Part shown: positions 52,901-64,000 of the stretch, one piece after another
Layout of the letters: each line of letters opens with the position of its first letter
How positions within the stretch are numbered: the first letter of the stretch is position 1
From: the human T2T-CHM13v2.0 reference genome, Homo sapiens
Assembly (NCBI RefSeq): GCF_009914755.1
Contig: NC_060929.1
Strand: one strand, 5' to 3'
DNA: 64,000 nucleotides
Notes under the pieces: generated by a model
Database searches by the model: none
What the model was told of the DNA's origin: nothing
What the model saw: only the letters and a program-made list of their open reading frames with translations
Position numbers and translations under genes: made by a program

Positions 52901-54455
52901 AGTAATTGCTGCACCATTTAAAAATTCCACTGAAAAAGCAAGTAGCCTTCAACACATTAAGCTGATTTTCATGTAAGTTGTAAAATATTAAATGATCAGA
53001 ACTTCTATCCAATACTAAAATTACCTGGCCCAATCACCCCTTTTCCCCTTGAAGGAAGAAAGAAGGTGGATTCATAAGCCCTGAAGGATATACACCTGCC
53101 CCTAGATGTTGGCTGCCTGGCCACCAGCTTCTGAAGATGCACTGGGGCACAGGGCTGGGCATACTACTTCATCTTCCTCCAGTGACCTGTGTGTTCCAGT
53201 AGGCCATGTCCAATCCTAGAAAAAACGCCTTCAGAATGCCATCAGCCCTCAGTCCACTCCCCAAGCAGGACAACTGTGGAACAGAGCTGCTGTGTTCTTG
53301 GACCTGTGAAAAAACAACTGGCTGTGAGAGCCTATGGGAGGAGCTCTTCCTGCAACCCTCCTACAGGGAAGAAGAAACTGCACCCATTATCTGTACATAC
53401 TTTCTAAGAGTAAGTATATAATGGGGGGACTAGACTGTACAGTGAGAAATCAATTATTCCCTGATGGATAGGTGGAGGGTAGGGGAAGCCAAATCAGAAT
53501 GGAAGATCATGCACCCTACTTACTGGCTCTTGACATTACAATAAAACCAGGGCTTGGAGTGTAGAGGGAATTCTGGGCCTGCCTCTATCCTCCTTCACTA
53601 GTTGCCTTAGCACCAGTCATTACACAAGACACTGGTGCTTTCAGGCTGTCCTGTGCTGAGAGTACATGGAGAATTGGGATAGTCTCCCTTGCCCCACCTG
53701 CCTGCCCAGTGTCACTATCAAGACCATCTAATGCATTAAAAAAATTGTTCTATCAATGAAGGCCTCCATCCTGTCTACCGGGCAATGCCAGGATACCAGC
53801 TGTCCTCACCACTTGTTTCTCTGGGAGTCACCCCAGAGTCTCGTTGCCAATCCTCTGGGTCCTGTGGCATTTCCTAGGCTACAGAGACATCCCTGCTTCT
53901 CAGAGTAAGTCAACAGTGTACTTTCAGGCCTGTCTTCTCACAAGTAACAGAATACTTCTTTTCTAGAAACACAAGCATGTCATGAAAACACAGACCAAAA
54001 CCCATCAAGGATTGTAATCCAGAACATCAAGGGTTATAGAGAGGTAAGCTTTATCTGGTTTAGGGGGGAAAAAATCACACAGGTTCCCTAACAATGCAAG
54101 TCCAGACTATTTCTGGTCAGCATCCTCTTAAAGTCTAGGACGTTTACATTCCCTTTACCTCTATTTCTAGTCCAGGCTTGGTACCCTGCCTTCCCCCTAA
54201 GAAGGTTTTTCCTTCTCAGACATCAAGTTCCTACTCCATTTCTCCTCCATGACCTGAGTGGTGGCTCTTGTTTACCCCTGAATAAAAATACTAGATCCTC
54301 ACTAGTCCTGAACAGTAGAACTAGGTAGGGTTCATTCATTCATTATCTATTGAGCAGTGGCAACTATGTCACAATTATTATAAGAAGTTTTGTGGGGATG
54401 GGTCAGACATGGATTCAGCCTTTCGGTAACAGAAAGGATCTCAGATAAAGTGACG

Positions 54456-54780
54456 CCGTCGGCCCTTCACATCCGTGGGTTCTGCCTCTATGGCTTCAAC
54501 CGACCGTGGATCAAAAGTTTTTAGAAAAAAACATTGCATCTGTCCTGAACATGTACAGACTTCTTTTTCTCACCATTGCTCCCTAAACAGCACAGTATAA
54601 CACATAGTTTACATTTTATTAGGTATTATAATCTAGAGCTGATCTAAAGTATTTAGAAGGATGTGCACAGGTTATATGCAAATACTATATCACTTTGTAT
54701 CAGAGACTTGAACATCCATGGATTTTGGTATCCAAGGGAGATCCTAGAACCAATTCCCCTTAGATATCGAGGGATGACTG
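54456..54780. mobile_element. MER2 (TcMar-Tigger) MITE
   Basis: TIR-like ends ccgtcggccct / agggatgactg followed by TA; core aggttatatgcaaatactat...gacttgaacatccatggattttggtatcc. Confidence 0.9.
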
Positions 54781-54791
54781 TATTAATAATA

Positions 54792-55514
<723 letters not shown>

Positions 55515-56666
55515 AACTATAAGATAAGGCAGCTCAAATTGTTGAAATGATTATTTATTAAAATGGAAAGATATTCACTGAATAGTAGAGAGGAACAGAT
55601 TGAAAAACTTACTATAGTGTGATCCTATTTTTTAAAAGAATATATATGCATATGTATACATACACACAGAGAAAGTTCTAGTATAGAACAAAGTATAGGT
55701 GTTTATCTATCTCTGGATAGTGGTAGTATAGGTAGGGCTTATCTACATTTTTTGATATGTCAAGCATGAATGTATTCTGATATTATAATGAAAAAATAAA
55801 AGCTATGTTTAACATTAAAAATGAAAGAATATCTTAAAACATATATATATAAAAGCATAGCATCTCAAAGTGAGTAGATTTCCTGAGGGAAATTAGAAAA
55901 GGTTTCTCAAACTGAACATCTATTAATGACTCTTCTAACACTGAAAATCTATAAATTAGCTACAGCCTGAGAAATAGATCGGTTCAATTTACAACACACC
56001 TGGCTCCCAGCCTTTACATATCGAGTCCTCATCAATGGAAATCAATTCACCAGAAAAAAAAATGGAAAAAATACATTTTTCACCTTTAAAAAGAAAGTGC
56101 CAGGAAACTAGTCTTAGTAGTTGTTTGGGGTGGAGTTGTTTATAGAAATAAAGAGAAAGGGAGGTTTTGGGTGTTGGAGGGAGGAAAAGTAGCACACTTA
56201 AACTCTTTTTATCTTCTGAATATTGCTATATGCATTTAATGCCTATTCAAAACATTCTTAGTTCTAAAACCTTTTGTAAATAGTAAGTCAGAGATTCTCA
56301 TTGAATTGGTTAAGAGCAGAGACAAATGCTAAGCAAACAATTCATAATTTCCAGGTGGAATTTTACTGACCCATGAATCTAATTGGTCATTGCAGCAAAG
56401 TTTCCCCCTTTTATTTGGGAAGAGCCTAAATCTATTCTTCCCATATACTGAAGGACAAGGGACAATTAGTGAAGACACCTCCACTCCCCTCCACACAATC
56501 TTCAAAAGTGTCTGGAGAAGGATTTTGTTGTACAATAAGAACCAGAAACTGCAAAACATGGTGTGTCGAAGTCTCAACCCCTGTTCCGCTGTCATGAAGG
56601 CTTGGAGGAATGGAGTTGACCTGAGAGAGGTGGGGCAGGCCTCCAACTCTCTGGATTGAGGAAGAG

Positions 56667-57040
56667 TGTTGTGGGTTGAGGTTCCTGTGAAACAGACTCT
56701 GAGACGGTGATTTGGCTATAGGTGGCTTAATAGGGAGGACTCTTGAGTATAACATAAGTAAGGGAGTAAAGGAAGCAGAATGAGGCAAAAGGAGGAGTTG
56801 AGCCATGAAGCAGTGATGACAAAGGAGTCAGGGGATGCCACAGGGCACTCTGGGGCTGGGATGGCCCTTCAGTTGGAGCAAGGGCACCAAGCCTTTACAT
56901 GCCCTCATGGTCTTGGAAAAGAAGCTCTCTTCAGCCAGTTTTCTAAGAGGGACTCAGTTGTGAGACATCAGGAGGCAATACTCACAGCATCTGAAAGGAC
57001 AAGTGCCCAGGATCAGGGGTCACACCACAGCTCCACTACA
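56667..57040 (-). mobile_element. LTR16C-like ERVL solo LTR
   Basis: tgttgtgggttgaggttcctgtgaaacagactctgagac...ctctggggctgggatggcccttcag...ccactaca. Confidence 0.75.
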
Positions 57041-57079
57041 GAGCAGCAGGAGGGGCTCACCTCTTCTCCTGATCACTTC

Positions 57080-57630
57080 ATATACAGTTGTCAAACAGAT
57101 CACACCACAATCTGCTCCTGCCATTGCTCACTGAAACCCCTCAGCAGCTTTCCATTACCCCTGGAAGCAAATAAACCCTCATAAGCCAGCCCCTGGGCCC
57201 CTCTCAGGCCCAGAGGCCAAGCCTCATGTGGCAGTTCCCGACGGAGCTGAGAGTCCAGCCACACAGGGTTATTCATCAGTCCCAGGAGCTACCATTCTCT
57301 TTCATGGCTCTGAGCCTTCATGTATGCTGCTGGAATGCTTTCTCCACTCTAATCTTTCTAGAAAATCCCTAATCATCTGTCAACCCCCACAGTAGTTTCC
57401 ACTGAGAAACTTCCCTGGCTCCCCTGGACCACTCGGACTCACTCTCCTTCACATCCCCACCCATATTATGTGTATCTATACTACCACCCACACCAGCCCC
57501 TGTACGACACAACAATTTTGCATACCCCATCTTCACTGGACTGGGGGGTTCTTGAAAACAGAGCCAGGGCTTTCATCTTTGTTCGCCTGATACATAGGAA
57601 CTACTGGATTAAATGTGCATTGAATGGATA
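57080..57630 (+). mobile_element. L2 fragment
   Basis: tgctcactgaaacccctcagcagctttccatt, ctggaatgctttctcc and tail aaatgtgcattgaatgga. Confidence 0.65.
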
Positions 57631-60589
57631 AGCAACTCAATGTGAAAGACATGTTGCTGGCAAGGAAAAGAGGATGAATTCTGTCAACTGGTAGGAGACG
57701 GACAGTAACTAGAAACTGGGGTAGAAGATGTTTATAACCAGCCATGTGCCAGAAAAATGTGACCGTTTGCCATCTTTGGTTCTTGATATCTATCATCAAA
57801 GTTTCAATTTCACAGAATGCAGAGTATATCAGGGTCTTTTATGTGGACAGCAAAATCGCTGTTAGGGTGCAAACACCAGAAACTCTCCCAAAGGTAACTT
57901 TAACAAAGGAGGATTGAGCTGCATAGATCCCTGGCTTAGGCTATTTATAAATGAAATGGTGGGATGAGCAAGCAGCCCCCTCTCTGTGTTCTCTACAGAA
58001 TCTCTGCCAAGAACAAGAGGATCCACTACACATGCATAACACACTATACTCATCACTGTTCTATGTGATGCTGATCAGCTATTCTTAATGAGGTAATGAG
58101 CACTGGGGCTGTATGAACCAAGACTATTTAGGACAAAGATCCCAGGTAACAAAGAGAAGGAAAGAAGGAACTTGGGTCATCCTGGAGCTCCCTTGGAAGG
58201 GGAAAGTGGAAATGCAGGCTCCCATTTTTCTTTGCCTCTCATCTCATACCTATCTTCATCTCATACTTCTATTCTCAGGAGGAATGGAACTAGCCCAAAC
58301 TATGATGAAAAATGATCATATCTCATTCATATCTTAAGCAAGTAACATTGTTTTAGAACCCCTGATGCAAACATAATACTCTGAGTAATGAAGCAAAATT
58401 ATCCAAGGTCATTGTAAACAGGCATCAAACCTAGTGTGGCTTCAACTGAGATGAATTTTAGGTGTATAGGTTTTTACTTTGAAATCTTACTGTCTCATTA
58501 TAGAACCAGGGAACTGTCTGGGAGGGAAGAAAAAAATATCCTATTTCTTCAGAAAATGCCAAGGGGCCACAAGTCTTAATCTGCTGCAGCCAGACTGGAG
58601 GCCGGGGACTTATTCAAGCATACAAAGTGAACCTTCTCGAGTTTCCTTCTGCTGACACCCAAGGTCCTCCTTGACCAAAGTTCAGAAGGAGATGTTCCCA
58701 TATCCAAAAGGAAGACTGCCTGGCCGAGCAAATGCTCCACCCACCTGAAAGCCTGATTATGATTCCATTGGAACGTGGGAGTCAATCTCTAAACATAGCC
58801 CCGAAAGCGGCCTCCGCCATCATCCTTGTGCTGTAGCTTCTCTCCTTCCAAAATAATAAAATGAGGTGGGTGGGCCCCAGGCTTTTTCCCTGGGAGGACA
58901 GCTTGGGGTAAAGAGACAAAGGGACCAGCCCTGTGCTTCGGGCAGCCTTCTACCCCGGAGTTGTCCCAAGCCCCACCCCTTTCCACTTCCCCACTGGGTC
59001 CCTCTCCGGGTAGATGTGCCCTGAGATTGGTCAGCTGCCCCAGGGCACTGATGAACCTCAGGTAAATCCTTGGAGGTGTGCCTCTCCCTGTCCCTGACCC
59101 AGGGCCCCTGCTGTAAAATTCTGAATCTCGTTACCTTGGGTGCCCCTCCTCCATGCTTCAACACACTCTGTTCCTAGCTACGATCTTTCTTATATCACTG
59201 GATGGCATTCTAATAACCAATCAATACCTGCTCCACCATTAGTCTTTCTCACTCACCCTGAGATCCCCGACGGCAGGTGTCTTTCCTCATCCATGGACCT
59301 TCAGCCCCCATCACAGTGCCAGACACATAACAGATGCCCAATAAATGCTGAATGAAGAATCGCCCCAGCATTGCACTTGGTACATAGAAGGAATGATAGG
59401 AACACAGCGCAAGAAGCTTGACTGCAGCTCTGCATTGCAACTCAGGCCATGATACTTGAACCCCACAGGGAGCTCTGGGGGCTCTGAGTCCAGCACAATG
59501 GTGCCACGTCTCCAACACTCTGGGTCATCCTGCCCAAAACTAAATCCAGCTGGGGATGAAGGTAGGTGCTTCCTAGCAGGCCCAGAAAGGAATCCAATTG
59601 AATCACCTGTGGAACACAGAGACCCTAACAAAACCCCAGGCAGGCTTTCCTTTTCTTCACCTGCTGCTCCCCTTTGGAGGATCGAGGGGTGGAGGCACAG
59701 TTCCTTCCCTGGTCCCCAGCCTGCTGAGAGCGAGCGGGCAGGAGCTTACGGCAGCCCCTACTGCACCACTGATGGCTCATCCCAGCTATGGCTGAGGAGG
59801 GCCTGCAGCCAGGTGCAGCCCATGGGTTGTGAGGGGCCACAAATGTTTCCTTGCTGCAGGTGGGCTCTCTCCCCATGGGCGAAGCCTAAGGGGCCATAAG
59901 CCTTTGTGTGGATGGTAGTTGGTTTTGTGGCAATGCCATTTCACTGTCTGACTTGTTTCCCAGGAAAGGAGGGCCTTATTATCAAATCAAGACTGCTGAG
60001 CTCCTCAAGCATTGGCAGGTCTCCTGTGGCCAGGAAGAGAGAGCCACCAGCATCAGGGTACCCTGAGGTGCAGAGGGATGAAATTAAGCAAAGGAAAAAT
60101 CAGGCTGATGCCAACTAATACTCACGGCCAGAACTCTGCTTTCGTTAAGACCCACTTTCTGAGAAGAAAGAGGCCACCACTTCTTCTTTACCCACCCTGG
60201 ACCACCCTTCTCACTCAGCCCTCCCTGGCAGGTAAGGATCTAACCAGCCCTACCCATCTAACAGAGAGCGTCTCTGTCCCGCCACGGTTTCTCATCTGGC
60301 TTAGGCTTGGTGAAATGAACAGTTAAGAGCCTAATAGAAACCAAAGAAACCACTCTTCACAGAGGCTGAGGCCTGAGGCTTCCTGGCAACACCTGCCACT
60401 CTGTTTTGCTTTAATGACTAATTTTGATTAAAGCCAAAGCCAGAGGTTTTGGTCTCTGTTTTTGAGTCTTTTAATTGACTGAGATAAAGAACTACATTTC
60501 TATCATGATTTTATAGAAAATTATCCTGGTTACACATAAGTAGAAAATGTTTCTACAACAGTAAAGTCAAGAAGAGCAGGCTCTTGACA

Positions 60590-60740
60590 TCTTTTGAATA
60601 AATCCTAGGTGCCTGCTATAAGGTGCTTCATTTTATTTCATTTCACTTTATCTTCCCAGCAACCCCATGAGGTAAGTATTAACCCTCAATGTATGAGGAA
60701 ATCAAAGTTCATAGAAGTTGACCGACGCGCCCACAGCAAA
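60590..60740 (-). mobile_element. MIR SINE
   Basis: ttatttcatttcactttatcttcccagcaaccccatgaggtaagtatt...atgaggaaatcaaagttcatagaag. Confidence 0.7.
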
Positions 60741-62805
60741 CAAGTGGGGAATCTTCCCTTTCTGCTCTGTGGTTTCCAGCCCTGGCCACAGAATAGAATC
60801 CCCTAGGGAGCTTTAAAAACAACAGGTGCTCAAGTCCCATGCCCAGAGCATCTGATTTAATTCATTAGGAATGGGTCTCAAATCTTATTGGTGGGTTACA
60901 CCATATTCAAATAGAGGGCACCTAGATCCCGGGAGGAAAAAAAAATGCCTTAGAGTTTTCATTTCATCTTTACTCCAACTCTGGGAAGTCAAGCCATGTG
61001 ACTGATACTCAGCTATGTAAGTGATGCCAGTAAGTCTCAGCTAGGGTGGAAAAATCAGGCTGACAACTGAGCATTTTCGTAGCTCATAAGTGCTTTTAGC
61101 CTATCTACGAAGTTATACCAAGTCTCCTAGGTAACTGGGACTATTTTCATTAAACTAGGAAATATTGAGCAGAGTGGATGGTGAATTGCATTGAGATTTT
61201 CATCTCCTGGCAGCTCCTTTGTTGGGGGGTTGGAGGTAACTTACCTCTCTGTGACTCAGCATGCTTCCCCAGTCACCAAAGGAGGAGGAAAGAAGAGAGC
61301 ACTGATTGGCCTTACAGGGAAAATTTGGAGGCATGAATCAATTAGTCCATGTTTATGAAGTGCATTGTGCTCCTTGAGTAATAATAGAGTGCCAGGGCCT
61401 GGTATTATTAGTTTTCACACAAGTCCCAAGATTAATTGGTCCTCTCAACCTCAGTCCCCAACTCACTAGTTCTGCTTTGTGTCCATCCTAAGTTACTTTC
61501 CTGGCAGAAAGCAACATCTGGGCTAGAGCTCTCCCTGTGGAGAGGCGAAGGGACCCAGTGCATCCTATAGCAACCCTTCTACTCAAGATGGACTCCTCTG
61601 AGCTGGAATTCACCTTCTGCTAACTCCTTGGCATTTGTTTAACACAGGCCAAGTAACCAGATCAAAAACTGAGGCTGCCGTCACATCCATGCTGTTTATA
61701 ACTAGGCAGATTCCTTTTATAAAGCACAAATAACTTCAAAACATTAGGCAATCAAGGCCTCAACTTAACAGGTGGGAAGGGTCTGCACTTTATAACTGCA
61801 TGCCTCTTTAGCATCATCTTCCCTTGCTCTTCTATTTCAGCATAAAGTCAACACAAAACCAGTTGCTTTTCATAAGTGAAGCCATTCCTTTCTTGAAGTG
61901 CCATTTCCTGAACAAAGAATGTAACAATAATCAGCTTCTCACAATCAAGTGAGTCTTGAATATGCCTGGCCTTATGACAGATTGCTGTTTTGTTAAGGAA
62001 ACCATTGTTGAATGTGTTTGACTTTGACAATGTATAGTTTTAAATTCAAATCCAGAAGATTTATGTATTTGCCCTTGTTTCTATTACAGAATCTAAGGAT
62101 ATTAAGGTGAGAGGGAAGCTTAGGGACCTAATCAAAGTCCCTCATTTTAAAAGAAAACTGAAATTCAGGAAAATGAAGTGACCCATCCAAGGTCAGTCTG
62201 AGTGTCCTTAGTTCTCCTCTTTTCCTTATTCCACTTTCTCTCTCTAGAAATTTCATGTGGTCCCAAGTTTAAATGACCCTCACCTATTACTAAGTCCCAG
62301 ACCTCTCCTCAGAACTGTGGTTTTCTATCCCAAGCCTCTCCTCTTATCCCCAAGTCCTAAGCCTTCTCCATCCCAATATTTTGCATCACTACTTCATACC
62401 TTCTCAGGTCCAAAGACCTTCCATTATTCTTTCATGTTCCATTTTTCATACACCCTATATCTAGGTTGGCATTTGTCCTAAATTAATTTAGGATATGGGT
62501 TGTATGAGGAATGGGACCTCTACTCCCAAAATAAATTACAAATTCAACCCTTTTCTTTACCCCTCTGCTATAACCCTAGTTCATACTACAGTCAGCTCCT
62601 GCCTATTTGAATAGCTCTGTAAGAGTCTCCCTCTTTTCACTCTTTCCCTTTCCTGTACATCTACCATGTGGTAATAAGAGTGGTCTTTCTAAAGCATCGA
62701 TGCATTGTCTCACACCCCTGCTTAAAATCCCTAACACTTCAAATGCGACTTGAACTCTTTTTCTTTCTTTTCTTTCTTTCTTTCTTTCTTTTTTTTTTTT
62801 TAACT

Positions 62806-63052
62806 GAAACCTACAATCATGGCGGAAGGCACCTCTTCTCAGGGTGCCAGGAGAGAGAATGAGTTTTGAGTGAAGGAGGAAGCCCCTTATAAAACCATCA
62901 GATCTCGTGAGAACTCACTCACTATCATAAGAACAGCATGGCAGAAATCATCCCCATGATCCAATTATCTCCACCTGGTCCTACCCTCGACACATGGGGA
63001 TTATTACAATTCAAGGTGAGATTTGGGTGGGGACACAGAACCAAACCATATC
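62806..63052 (-). mobile_element. THE1C-like LTR lacking its 3' end
   Basis: catggcggaaggcacctcttc...gccccttataaaaccatcagatctcgtgag...ccaaaccatatc; abuts a (TTTC)n/Tn tract at 62757-62801. Confidence 0.88.
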
Positions 63053-63099
63053 TCTGGGAGAGACCACAATGAGCAAAAATTGCACTGTAGCATCAGTTC

Positions 63100-63330
63100 C
63101 ACACATGTGAGTACATACTATATACAAGGTCCTTTACTGAGGCCCTTCTGTGTGTCAAGCATCATGCTAAACATAGTACATTTAAGCCTTGAAAAAACCT
63201 GTAATAAGATGTACATACTCTTATATAGAGTATATAGATGAGGGAACTTCAGGCCAGAGAACTAAATAACTTTCTGAAGATCGTACAACCAGGAATTGCC
63301 AAACTAGGATTCAAGTTCAGATCTTAAAGT
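63100..63330 (-). mobile_element. MIR SINE
   Basis: tatagatgagggaacttcaggccagagaactaaataac...ctaggattcaa. Confidence 0.65.
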
Positions 63331-63665
63331 CTCAAAGTCTCCCACAAATCTAGGTCCTGCGGGGACACTGAGCCCCCAGAAACTTCCACTGAAGTTAGTG
63401 AGATAGGCAGAAATATGTTCATTGACAAGAAGAGGAAAATCAGTAGGGAAGTTGGTTACGAGGAGGAAGTGTTGTGTTTAGCCTAGCACACATTGGATTT
63501 GAAGTTAAGGATGGAGTGTCCAGGTGGGGATAGCCATGAACCAGAGAGAAATAGGAATGTGAAGGTCAGGAGATAGCCCAAGGCTCAGGCTGCTGAGATA
63601 TGGAGATAAGAGTCAGATTTCTACAGGTAATTATAAAGCCTTTAACAAGAGGTTGGGGAGACAAG

Positions 63666-63770
63666 TAAGGTGACCACCCATGCCTAGGTCTATCCTAATT
63701 TTAGCACTGGCAGTCCCATGTCCCTGGAAGTCCCTCAGTTCCAGGCAAACCTGGACCACTGGTCAGGCTA
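63666..63770. mobile_element. MER81-like hAT-Blackjack MITE
   Basis: TIR-like taaggtgacca / tggtcaggcta and core ttttagcactggcagtcccatgtccctggaagtccctcagttccaggcaaac. Confidence 0.75.
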
Positions 63771-64000
63771 GAAGACAGTATTTAAAGAGAAGGCATACAG
63801 GCCAAGTATGGAAACTGGAGAATATTTATGCTTAAGGGAATAAAGACAGGGACGAACTTGCTAAAGAGAGTGCAGTCAGAAAAGTAGACGTGACCAATGC
63901 ATGCTGGGCTCTTGCTGTGAATTTGGGGCTGGGAATTCAGGTGGAAGGCATTGAAAGGAGAAGTCTCCATCAGAGAGGGCTGTGAGGAAAGTAGAACCAT

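Noticed and set aside
53609-53639. 9-bp hairpin agcaccagt / actggtgct
   Set aside because: Chance-level stem, too short for a pre-miRNA.
59456-59899. 147-aa ORF
   Set aside because: Non-ATG start, no homology I recognise, and GC-rich stop-poor sequence.

Overview
This window is primate (human- or ape-like) nuclear DNA, not prokaryotic: it carries AluJ/S/Y, L1PA, THE1/MST, MIR, L2 and MER elements and is CpG-depleted. I find no supportable cellular protein-coding exon, RNA gene or CRISPR array, so it reads as intergenic or deep-intronic sequence. Every long ORF is a disabled LINE-1 frame. About 16 kb (10.8-26.7 kb) is a nested transposon stack: an old antisense L1M, a two-LTR ERVL/LTR16 provirus, a near full-length L1PA, a 5'-truncated younger L1PA, MER30 and MER58. 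There is also a twin-primed inverted L1PA (37.3-40.2 kb), a ~780-bp pure-AT minisatellite, two very old LINE relics (CR1/L3-like and an L2-type RT fragment with an open frame) and repeat-poor blocks that may be enhancers. I see no evidence for a new multi-gene system; the findings are mechanistic or evolutionary details. Subfamily names are from memory of consensus sequences and the boundaries of old repeats are approximate.
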